Source of the DNA: an uncultured Oscillospiraceae bacterium
GTDB taxonomy: Bacteria > Bacillota > Clostridia > RUG12999
DNA length: 64,000 nucleotides
NCBI GenBank assembly: GCA_964418245.1
Contig: CAYQKW010000001.1
Location: forward strand, 1,101-65,100
Direction of reading: 5' to 3'
A model generated the notes under the pieces. That model had not been told where the DNA came from, made no database searches, and worked only from the letters and a program-made list of their open reading frames with translations. The translations under genes and the position numbers were made by a program. This document shows positions 16,119 through 24,477 of the stretch, piece by piece. Within the stretch, counting starts at the first letter, position 1. The number at the start of each line of letters is the position of its first letter.

Positions 16119-16751
16119 ATGCTTGATGTAAAGGAAATAGAAAAAGCCGTTGCGAAAGCAATTGCCGAATATAAAGCAGACGGAATAAAAATAGGCGTTT
16201 CTCAAAGGCATATTCATTTGTCTGCCGAAGATTTGGAAAAATTATTCGGAAAAGGATATGAACTCACAAAGAAGAAGACGCTTATGGGCAGGGAATATGC
16301 TGCCGAAGAAACCGTTACGCTTGTCGGTCCGTCGCTTCGGGCAATAGAAAAAGTGAGGGTTTTGGGTCCCGTAAGAAAAAATACACAGGTTGAAGTTTCC
16401 AGAACAGATACTTTTGTACTTAAAGTAAGTCCGCCGGTACGTCCGTCGGGCGACATAAAAGGTTCGGAACGTATTGCCGTTGTTGGTCCGAAAGGCACAA
16501 TATATCTTAAAGAAGGCGTAATCATTGCCAATCGACATATTCATCTCACACCGGAATATGCCGCAAAAGAAGGGCTTAATGACGGTGATTATGTTGACGT
16601 ACTTGCCGAAGGAATAAAACCCACAAAATTCTATGATGTACAAATTCGTGTGCGTGAAGATTTCAATACCGAAATGCATATTGATATAGATGACGCGAAT
16701 GCGGCAGGTCTCAGAAACGGCGACAGGGTTAAAATTGTGAGAAAAAAATAA
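16119..16751 (+). CDS. pduL: Phosphate propanoyl/acyl-transferase PduL with N-terminal encapsulation-peptide-like helix
   Basis: Duplicated RHIHL motifs (SQRHIHLSAEDL, ANRHIHLTPEYA). N-terminus VKEIEKAVAKAIAEY. Confidence 0.9.
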   Translation: MLDVKEIEKAVAKAIAEYKADGIKIGVSQRHIHLSAEDLEKLFGKGYELTKKKTLMGREYAAEETVTLVGPSLRAIEKVRVLGPVRKNTQVEVSRTDTFVLKVSPPVRPSGDIKGSERIAVVGPKGTIYLKEGVIIANRHIHLTPEYAAKEGLNDGDYVDVLAEGIKPTKFYDVQIRVREDFNTEMHIDIDDANAAGLRNGDRVKIVRKK

Positions 16752-16761
16752 CTGATTCAAG

Positions 16762-16804
16762 GCGGATACCACCGTTAAGAACGGCGGTATCCGTTTGGTT
16801 TTTC
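16762..16804 (+). terminator. Rho-independent terminator ending the BMC operon
   Basis: CGGATACCaCCGTT-aaga-AACGGcGGTATCCG followed by tttggttttt. Confidence 0.7.
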
Positions 16805-16947
16805 TCACAGGTGAAAACAGTCTGCACATTTATTCAATACAGAACGTGAAATATAAATTGAATGATGTATATACCGCTGTCTTGAAATTGAAAGCACGGG
16901 AGCGGAATTAATTATTGAAGAGAACCGATTTTTACGGAGGTGAACAA

Positions 16948-17703
16948 ATGTTTGCGCTTGAACGTCAAAAGCATATATTGGAAGCGTTGAAAGAAGAAGG
17001 TTCGGTTTCGGTCAAAAGCTTAAGCAAGGCACTTTCGGTTACGGAGGAAACAATTCGCCGTGATTTGGAAAAATTGGAAAAAGAAGATGCGTTAATGCGA
17101 ACTCATGGCGGAGCAATCCTGATGGACAATCAAGAAATGCCGCTTGAAAAACGTAAGCAGACAAACACGGTTATAAAAGAAAGACTGGCAAAAGAAGCTG
17201 TTAAGTTTATAATGCCGGGGGATACAGTGTTTCTTGACGCATCAACAACGACGTTTTTTATTGCAAAAGAATTGAAAAAACGCAAAAAAATCACTGTTGT
17301 AACAAATTCGTTGAGAATTTTAAACGAACTGGACGGCGATACGGATATTAAAGTTATCTCTGTCGGAGGGCTTATGAGTCAGAACCAGTCATTAATCGGC
17401 AGTCGTGCGGAAAATTGCATAAAAGAGAATTATTATGCGAATAAAATGTTTTTCAGCAGCCGCGGTATCAGTATAGATGCGGGAGTGCTGGAAAGCAACG
17501 AACAGGAATGTGCGGTAAAACAGTGTATGCTCAAAAATGCAAGAGCAAAGTTTTATATGTTTGACCGCTCGAAAGTCGGAAGAATAGGACTTTCAAAGCT
17601 TGCACGTTTTGATGAGATTAATCACGTTATAGCCGAAAAGAATTTTTCGGAAGAACTCCGCAGAAAATTTGATGAACATAATATAGAAATACATGAAATT
17701 TAA
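16948..17703 (+). CDS. DeoR-family transcriptional regulator (likely locus regulator)
   Basis: N-terminal HTH: ERQKHILEALKEEGSVSVKSLSKALSVTEETIRRDLEKLE. DeoR C-terminal sugar-phosphate sensor domain. ATG after a GGAGGTG RBS; the track start is a TTG at 16915. Confidence 0.9.
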   Translation: MFALERQKHILEALKEEGSVSVKSLSKALSVTEETIRRDLEKLEKEDALMRTHGGAILMDNQEMPLEKRKQTNTVIKERLAKEAVKFIMPGDTVFLDASTTTFFIAKELKKRKKITVVTNSLRILNELDGDTDIKVISVGGLMSQNQSLIGSRAENCIKENYYANKMFFSSRGISIDAGVLESNEQECAVKQCMLKNARAKFYMFDRSKVGRIGLSKLARFDEINHVIAEKNFSEELRRKFDEHNIEIHEI

Positions 17704-17737
17704 CCGAAAGTAAGGTGAATTTGCCTTACTTTCGGTT
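17702..17737. terminator. Bidirectional terminator hairpin between convergent genes
   Basis: AACCGAAAGTAAGG-tgaatttg-CCTTACTTTCGGTT, a perfect 14-bp stem. Confidence 0.75.
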
Positions 17738-17774
17738 AAATGCTTAAGTGGATTCGACACGGATTGTTTATGAT

Positions 17775-18977
17775 TTAATTGGATTTTCTGCCGTCTGTAA
17801 TAAATTGTTCAAGCCTGTCAAGCCCTTTCGCGATGGATTCCATTGAATTTGCATAAGACCAACGTATAAAATCATCGTCACCAAATCCGCTGCACGGAAC
17901 TACAGCAACAAGTGATTTTTCAAGGAAAAGCTCGGCAAAATCATCACTGGTGGATATTTTTTTGCCAAAAAGATATGAGCCTTTGATTTTTGATATATTC
18001 ATCATTACATAAAAAGCACCGTTTGGTTTCAAACACGAAAGCCCGTCAATCGAATTTATTTTTTCTACCATATAATCACGGCGTTTTTTAAATTCGTTGT
18101 TCATATAGCGAACGTTATCAAGATTACCCAGCAAAGCTTCTTCTGCGGCGGCTTGTGCAATAGAGTTCGGGCATGATGTGGCGTGGCTTTGTACATTTGA
18201 AATGGCTTTGGCAAGTTCGGAAGTACAGCCAAGGTAGCCGATGCGCCAGCCGGTCATTGCATAGGTTTTTGAAACGGCGTTCACCGTGATGGTAAGTTTC
18301 TTTATTTTGTCGCCGAAAGAGGCAATACTTATGTGGCGGTTTCCGTCATAAATAATATGTTCATACACTTCGTCGGAAATAACATATATGTTATGTTCAA
18401 CAGCAAAATCGGCAATTTCTTTTAATTCTTCTTCGCTGTAAATCATACCCGTTGGGTTTGATGGGCTGTTGAGTACCAGCGCGACCGTGCGCGGAGAAAA
18501 TGCTTTTTTTAAATCATCAACGGTTATTTTAAAGTTGTTTTCTTCTTTTGTTTCAATGATTATAGGAATACCGTCGGCAAGACGTATCATTTCGGGATAG
18601 CTCACCCAATATGGTGCAGGAACAATAACTTCGTTTCCGGGATTGCAAATTGCTGTGAAAACATTCATGAGAGAATGCTTTGCACCGTTTGATATGACTA
18701 TATTGTCGGGTCTGTATTTAAGATTGTTATCACGAAGAAACTTTTGACAAACAGCTTTTTTAAGGCTTAATGTGCCTGCGGCCGGAGTATATTTCGTTGC
18801 TCCGTTTTCAAGAGCGGCAACTGCGGCTTCTTTTATATTGTCGGGAGTATCAAAATCCGGTTCGCCGGTGCCGAAGCCCACAACGTCAATGCCTTTGGCT
18901 TTCATTTCTTTGAATTTAGTATCTATTGCAAGAGTTGAAGATGCCTTTACGGCACGAGCTTTGTCTGAAATATGCAT
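17775..18977 (-). CDS. Aspartate/aromatic aminotransferase, PLP-dependent class I
   Basis: GEPDFDTP and the SKTYAMTGWRIGY PLP-Lys motif. Start at MHISDK, 7 nt after a GGAGGT RBS; the track start is a TTG inside that RBS. Confidence 0.9.
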   Translation of the reverse strand: MHISDKARAVKASSTLAIDTKFKEMKAKGIDVVGFGTGEPDFDTPDNIKEAAVAALENGATKYTPAAGTLSLKKAVCQKFLRDNNLKYRPDNIVISNGAKHSLMNVFTAICNPGNEVIVPAPYWVSYPEMIRLADGIPIIIETKEENNFKITVDDLKKAFSPRTVALVLNSPSNPTGMIYSEEELKEIADFAVEHNIYVISDEVYEHIIYDGNRHISIASFGDKIKKLTITVNAVSKTYAMTGWRIGYLGCTSELAKAISNVQSHATSCPNSIAQAAAEEALLGNLDNVRYMNNEFKKRRDYMVEKINSIDGLSCLKPNGAFYVMMNISKIKGSYLFGKKISTSDDFAELFLEKSLVAVVPCSGFGDDDFIRWSYANSMESIAKGLDRLEQFITDGRKSN

Positions 18978-19251
18978 AATTAATACCTCCAAAAATTATT
19001 TTTAATAATATTCTATTAAATATTTTACACCAAAACGGCAAAAAATGCAAGAAAAACTTTGCAAAAATTCATTTTTCGTTAATTATACCAGTTTATTTAA
19101 AAAAAACACTTACATAGTTATTTATTTTTTTTTGAAAATTGACGTAAAATAAAATACTCACAAAAGATGTATATTGTGTTCGCCGCATAGTTTATTCGGG
19201 TAACGCTAAATTAACTTTTATCAAAAATATATTTAAATTTGTGCAAAAGTG

Positions 19252-19280
19252 TTGACTTTTGTGTGTATATGTGGTATAAT
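19252..19280 (+). promoter_or_regulatory. Sigma-A type promoter for the DeoR-MFS pair
   Basis: TTGACT, 17-nt spacer, TGg-TATAAT. Confidence 0.55.
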
Positions 19281-19332
19281 GTGCAAAGTTGAATGTTTTG
19301 TATAAAATTTATTTATCGGAGAGTGATAAATT

Positions 19333-20133
19333 ATGCTTGCAATAGAGCGTCAGCAAAAAATTTGTAAAAAACTTGAGATGAACGGTTCGGTATCAATCGG
19401 TGAGCTTACGCACGAGTTTGATGTTTCGGTAGAAACGGTACGTCGTGATTTGCTTCAGCTGGAGCGTATCGGGAAATTATGCCGTGTGCACGGCGGAGCG
19501 ATTCCCATCGGAGAAATGAAAAAAGAAGAGAGTTTGTCGGTGCGTCTCGGCGAATATGAAAAAGAAAAAGAAGAACTTTCGCAAACCGCATTGTCGCTTA
19601 TATCCGAGAAAGATATTATCGCCCTTGACTGCGGAAGTACCGCAATAAAACTCTGCGAAGCGATTGTAAGAAAATTTGATACGCTTACGGTTATAACCGC
19701 CGGAATAGATAATTTCAACATTCTGCGCCGCGGCAAAAACATAAACATCATTTTAATCGGCGGAATGTTCGATTCAAAAGAAAATATGTTTTACGGGCGT
19801 GCGGCGCTTGAAATGATAAAACGCTATCATGTTTCAAAATGTTTTATATTCCCCGCGGCAGTATCGCTGAAAAACGGCATATCCGGTTACGGAGAGCATT
19901 TTGCCGATATACAGGAGGCATATATAAACATTGCGGATAAAACGGTTATACTTGCCGACAGCGGAAAGTTTGAGAAAAATGCTTTTGAAAAACTTGTCGA
20001 TATGCAGAAAAATTTCACATATGTGACGGATTCGGGGCTTCCTGAAATTATACAAACGGAATATGCCGAAAACGGTATTGATTTGCTTATATGCGAGAAA
20101 GGAAATGATACAAATGGAAAAGACGAAAAATAA
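19333..20133 (+). CDS. DeoR-family transcriptional regulator
   Basis: ERQQKICKKLEMNGSVSIGELTHEFDVSVETVRRDLLQLE HTH plus a DeoR C-terminal domain. Confidence 0.9.
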   Translation: MLAIERQQKICKKLEMNGSVSIGELTHEFDVSVETVRRDLLQLERIGKLCRVHGGAIPIGEMKKEESLSVRLGEYEKEKEELSQTALSLISEKDIIALDCGSTAIKLCEAIVRKFDTLTVITAGIDNFNILRRGKNINIILIGGMFDSKENMFYGRAALEMIKRYHVSKCFIFPAAVSLKNGISGYGEHFADIQEAYINIADKTVILADSGKFEKNAFEKLVDMQKNFTYVTDSGLPEIIQTEYAENGIDLLICEKGNDTNGKDEK

Positions 20134-21334
20134 ATATGTCGCAAGACTGGTTATGCTGTGTTCAATGCTTTATTTTATAAGTTACATAACACGTATCAAC
20201 TATGCGGCCGTACTTGTTGAGATTATAAAAAATCTTAATATCACAAAAACGGCGGCGTCGCTTGCGCTTACGGCAAGTGCCGTGAGCTATGGGTTCGGAC
20301 AACTTATAAGCGGATATTTGGGAGACAGAATCAAACCGGACAAAATTATTGTATCGGGACTTATATGTACAGCGGCAATGAATTTGCTGATACCTTTGGC
20401 AACCTCAACCGGATATATGACGGCAATATGGTTTGTGAACGGATTTGCGCAGGCAATGATGTGGCCTCCGATAGTCAAAATAATGACTTCAATGATGACC
20501 GCCGAAGAATATAAACGAGGCTGTGTGAAGGTTTCGTGCGCAAGCTCTGTTGCAACGATTTTCATATATGTTGCGGCACCGCTTATCATATATATTTCAA
20601 GCTGGAAATGTGTGTTTGTATTTTCGGCAATTTGCGCCGTATTGATGTGTATTTTCTGGATTGTGGAATTCAAGGAAATAAAAACCCATTTAAATCCAAA
20701 AGAAAAAATACATACAGAGAATAAAACAGAGAAAAAAGAAAAATTTACATTGCCTGTATTTTCCTTGCTCATCGCAATATTGTTTTCGATTATTCTTCAG
20801 GGCAGTCTGCGTGACGGAGTTGCGAATTGGATGCCTTCGTATATATCCGAAACGTTTAATCTGGGCAGTGAAATATCGATACTCACAAGCGTATTATTGC
20901 CGATATTCAGTATATTTACGTTTAATATCGTGTCGATTGTGAATCTCAGATTTATCAAAAACGAGTATTCCTGTGTTACACTGTTTTATTCATTGGGAGC
21001 TGTAAGCGCACTTATGCTTGCGCTGCTCGGTTCGAAAAGTGCCGCCGCAGCGGTTTTTGCCGCCGCGATTCTGAATGCGGCAATGCACGGAGTGAATTAT
21101 TGCCAAACAGCACTTACGCCGATTTATTTTGCACGTTACGGAAAAGTTTCGTTTATATCCGGCATTCTGAACAGCGGAACATATATAGGGAGTGCGGTTT
21201 CAACATATGGTATTGCCGCACTCACAAAATCACTCGAATGGGATAAAATCGCGCTTTTGTGGTGCGTGACATCGGCATTCGGTGCTGTATTCTGCTTCTT
21301 TGTTTCCAAAGTGTGGAAAAAGTTTAAGGCATGA
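20114..21334 (+). CDS. MFS transporter, organophosphate:Pi antiporter family (GlpT/UhpC-like)
   Basis: Multiple TM segments. NGFAQAMMWPPIVKIMT resembles the GlpT NGWFQGMGWPP signature (from memory). Start uncertain: 20114 preferred, with 20105 and 20063 as alternatives. Overlaps the DeoR 3' end. Confidence 0.82.
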   Translation: MEKTKNKYVARLVMLCSMLYFISYITRINYAAVLVEIIKNLNITKTAASLALTASAVSYGFGQLISGYLGDRIKPDKIIVSGLICTAAMNLLIPLATSTGYMTAIWFVNGFAQAMMWPPIVKIMTSMMTAEEYKRGCVKVSCASSVATIFIYVAAPLIIYISSWKCVFVFSAICAVLMCIFWIVEFKEIKTHLNPKEKIHTENKTEKKEKFTLPVFSLLIAILFSIILQGSLRDGVANWMPSYISETFNLGSEISILTSVLLPIFSIFTFNIVSIVNLRFIKNEYSCVTLFYSLGAVSALMLALLGSKSAAAAVFAAAILNAAMHGVNYCQTALTPIYFARYGKVSFISGILNSGTYIGSAVSTYGIAALTKSLEWDKIALLWCVTSAFGAVFCFFVSKVWKKFKA

Positions 21335-21416
21335 CACGCAACGTTTACAGATGATAGCCACTGTGCCGAAACAAGCACATAAAAGAAATGTTTTGTTTGA
21401 GGCAACAGCAAAAAAT

Positions 21417-21657
21417 ATGGGGTAACGTATTCGGCGGCGATATTGCTGTAAAATTCACTGCATATCTCCGGTAAAATAACGGTTATAACTTTTTTTTCAT
21501 ATTTGCCGGTATAATATTTTTCCAAACAGCCGAGTTCCTTTGCGGCGTTTTTGACTTTTATTATTGTTGCGTCGCTCATTTCGCCGCTTCCGTGCATAAC
21601 TTTCGATACCGTTGAAACAGATACACCCGAAAGTTCGGCAATTTTTTTCAGTGTCAT
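21417..21657 (-). pseudogene. Truncated LacI-family regulator (HTH and start of sensor domain only)
   Basis: MTLKKIAELSGVSVSTVSKVMHGSGEMSDATIIKVKNAAKELG...KKVITVILPEICSEFYSNIAAEY is LacI-like. After about residue 80 the ORF loses all family resemblance and simply runs antisense into the MFS gene. Confidence 0.5.
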
Positions 21658-21777
21658 AAAGCCACATCCCGTAAAATATTTGTGTTTATTTTACCATAAA
21701 GGATTATTAAATTCAAGCGTATTGTTAAATATATTTTTAATGAAATAAATATTGAAAAGGATTTTTAATACGGAGTG

Positions 21778-21800
21778 AAAACCGCGGTTTGCGGTTTTTT
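21778..21800 (+). terminator. Hairpin + T-tract with no adjacent upstream + strand gene
   Basis: AAAACCGC-ggttt-GCGGTTTTTT. Confidence 0.5.
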
Positions 21801-21820
21801 GGAAAAATTTTGATTTTCTA

Positions 21821-21849
21821 TTGACAACCGGCGTGAAATGTGATATAAT
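21821..21849 (+). promoter_or_regulatory. Sigma-A type promoter for cysK
   Basis: TTGACA, 17-nt spacer, TGa-TATAAT. A perfect consensus with extended -10. Confidence 0.65.
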
Positions 21850-21904
21850 TATAACATACCAAAAAGGTAGGAGAAAAATACAGCTGTTGAAAGGGGTAAT
21901 ATTT

Positions 21905-22837
21905 ATGGCTAAAATTTATTCATCTGCCGATATGCTTATCGGCAAAACACCGTTACTTGAACTTAAACATATCGAAAAAGAATTAAACCTTAAGGCGAAA
22001 ATCATAGCAAAACTTGAATATTTAAATCCGGCAGGGTCGGTTAAAGACCGTGTGGCAAAAGCAATGCTTGATGAAGCGGAAAAAAGCGGAAAATTAAAAC
22101 CCGATTCGGTTATCATCGAACCGACATCGGGTAACACGGGCATAGGGCTTGCATCGGTTGCGGCGGCAAGAGGATACAGAATAATAATCGTTATGCCGGA
22201 TACAATGTCGGTTGAACGTCGGCAAATCATGAAGGCATACGGTGCAGAACTTGTATTGAGCGACGGCGCAAAAGGGATGTCGGGAGCAATAGCGAAAGCC
22301 GATGAAATTGCCGCAGAGATACCGAACAGTTTCATTGCCGGTCAATTTGTCAATCCGGCAAATCCGAAAGCACATATAGACACCACCGGACCGGAAATTT
22401 ATGAAGATACGGACGGCGAGGTTGATATTTTTGTTGCCGGAGTGGGCACGGGCGGCACAATAACCGGAGTGGGAGAGTATTTGAAATCAAAAAATCCGAA
22501 TATCAAAATTGTTGCGGTTGAACCGGAAACATCGCCTGTTTTATCCAAAGGAACGGCGGGTGCACACAAAATTCAGGGCATTGGTGCCGGATTTGTGCCG
22601 GAGGTACTTAACACAAAAATATATGACGAAATTATTGCCGTTTCAAACGAAGATGCCTTTGCATTCGGAAAGCTTACAGGCAAAAAAGAGGGTATCCTTG
22701 TGGGTATTTCATCGGGAGCGGCATTGAGTGCGGCTGTTGAACTTGCAAAACGTCCGGAAAACGTGGGAAAAAACATTGTTGTACTTCTTCCGGACACGGG
22801 TGACCGCTATCTTTCAACACCGCTTTTTGCGGATTGA
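21905..22837 (+). CDS. cysK: Cysteine synthase A (O-acetylserine sulfhydrylase)
   Basis: [17 protein letters not shown] (PLP Lys) and [12 protein letters not shown] motifs. Start at MAKIYSS. Confidence 0.95.
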   Translation: MAKIYSSADMLIGKTPLLELKHIEKELNLKAKIIAKLEYLNPAGSVKDRVAKAMLDEAEKSGKLKPDSVIIEPTSGNTGIGLASVAAARGYRIIIVMPDTMSVERRQIMKAYGAELVLSDGAKGMSGAIAKADEIAAEIPNSFIAGQFVNPANPKAHIDTTGPEIYEDTDGEVDIFVAGVGTGGTITGVGEYLKSKNPNIKIVAVEPETSPVLSKGTAGAHKIQGIGAGFVPEVLNTKIYDEIIAVSNEDAFAFGKLTGKKEGILVGISSGAALSAAVELAKRPENVGKNIVVLLPDTGDRYLSTPLFAD

Positions 22838-22864
22838 TAAACGAATTTAAAAGGAGAACCCTAC

Positions 22865-23272
22865 ATGATGATTTCAACACGCGGAAGATATGCTTTAAGA
22901 GTTATGATAGACATGGCGGAGCATGAAGAAAGAGGATATATCCCTCTCAAAGAAATTGCCGACCGCCAGGGCATATCACTTAAATATATCGAACGAATTA
23001 TACCGATTCTTAAAAAAAATGATCTTGTTGAGAGCGCATACGGAAAAGGCGGCGGATACAGACTTTCAAAGCCGCCGGAAAAATGCTGCGTGAAAGATAT
23101 TCTTGTTCTTACCGAAGGAACACTTGCACCGGTTGCGTGTTTGGAATGCGGAGCGACTGTGTGTGAAAAAAAAGATACTTGCCGCACGATTAAAATGTGG
23201 AAAAACCTGCACAATACGGTGAATGAGTTTTTTGATAATATTACAATTGCGGATTTGATGGCAGACGTGTGA
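22865..23272 (+). CDS. Rrf2-family transcriptional regulator (CymR/IscR-like)
   Basis: MISTRGRYALRVMIDMAEH... has the Rrf2 wHTH pattern. Includes Cys residues C-x2... in CLECGATVCEKKDTC. Confidence 0.9.
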   Translation: MMISTRGRYALRVMIDMAEHEERGYIPLKEIADRQGISLKYIERIIPILKKNDLVESAYGKGGGYRLSKPPEKCCVKDILVLTEGTLAPVACLECGATVCEKKDTCRTIKMWKNLHNTVNEFFDNITIADLMADV

Positions 23273-23337
23273 TGCGGCATAAAATCAATACGTCAGGCTT
23301 AAAGATTGTGTGATATAACAATAAACGGAGGGAACCA

Positions 23338-24477
23338 ATGAAGTTTATACATTTATCCGATTTTCACATCGGGAAAAGAGTGAATGAATATTCAATGCTT
23401 GAGGACCAGGAATATATATTAAATCAAATAACAGACATAATAGACGCGGAAGTGCCGGATTGTGTAATTATAGCCGGAGATGTGTATGATAAGCCTGTTC
23501 CGCCGGCAGAGGCGGTAGCTCTTTTTGATGATTTTTTGGTGAGATTATCAAAAAGAAACATATACGTTTTTGTAATCAGCGGCAATCACGATTCGCCTGA
23601 ACGTATTGCTTTTGGCGGCAGACTTATGAAAGCAAGCAAAATATATATGTCGCCTGTGTATGACGGAGAACCGAAACCTGTGACGCTTGAAGATGAATAC
23701 GGTAAAATAAATGTTTGGATGCTCCCGTTTATAAAACCTGTTCATGTCCGCAAATTCAACGAAGACACCGAAATTAACACATATACGGATGCGTTGCGCA
23801 CTGTGACGGAAAATTTGAATATAAACACAAAGGAACGTAACGTTATGATAACACACCAGTTTGTGACGGGTGCGGACAGAACGGAATCCGAAGAAATATC
23901 GGTCGGCGGAACAGATAACGTTGATGTATCGGTTTTTAAAGATTTTGATTATACCGCTCTCGGTCACATTCATCGTCCGCAGAACTGCGGTTCCGAAAAG
24001 GTGCGATACTCCGGAACGCCGCTCCAATATTCATTCTCAGAGGCAAAAGACAATAAAAGTGTTACTGTTGTTGAACTTAAAGAAAAAGGACATATTTCAG
24101 TGAATACCGTTCCGCTGACGCCGATGCGAAATATGGTGGAAATCAAAGGTAAATATGATGAAATTATGTTTCGTGATTTTTATAAAAATACAACCTTGCG
24201 TGAAGATTATGTACACATAACGCTTACGGACGAAGAGAATATTCCGGAGGCAATAGGTAAACTGCGCACGGTTTATCACAATCTTATGAAACTTGATTAT
24301 GATAATATTCGCACAAGAAACAATAATTCCGTTGACATTGCGGAAAATGCGGAAAGCAAGTCGCCGTATGAGCATTTCTGCGGATTTTACGAAAAACAAA
24401 ACAACCGCCCGATGAGCGATGAACAAAGTGAGTTCATAAAAAAAGTAATCGAAGAAATATGGGAGGGGAAATCATGA
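23338..24477 (+). CDS. sbcD: Exonuclease SbcD (Mre11 family)
   Basis: Calcineurin-like phosphoesterase motifs: HLSDFHIG, GDVYD, GNHD, GHIH. Confidence 0.9.
   Translation: MKFIHLSDFHIGKRVNEYSMLEDQEYILNQITDIIDAEVPDCVIIAGDVYDKPVPPAEAVALFDDFLVRLSKRNIYVFVISGNHDSPERIAFGGRLMKASKIYMSPVYDGEPKPVTLEDEYGKINVWMLPFIKPVHVRKFNEDTEINTYTDALRTVTENLNINTKERNVMITHQFVTGADRTESEEISVGGTDNVDVSVFKDFDYTALGHIHRPQNCGSEKVRYSGTPLQYSFSEAKDNKSVTVVELKEKGHISVNTVPLTPMRNMVEIKGKYDEIMFRDFYKNTTLREDYVHITLTDEENIPEAIGKLRTVYHNLMKLDYDNIRTRNNNSVDIAENAESKSPYEHFCGFYEKQNNRPMSDEQSEFIKKVIEEIWEGKS

Noticed and set aside
21136-21416. The 3' two-thirds of the 173-aa minus-strand ORF that starts as a LacI HTH.
   Set aside because: After about residue 80 there is no LacI-like sequence, and this part overlaps the MFS gene antisense. 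I treat it as read-through of a truncated gene, not as a functional fusion.
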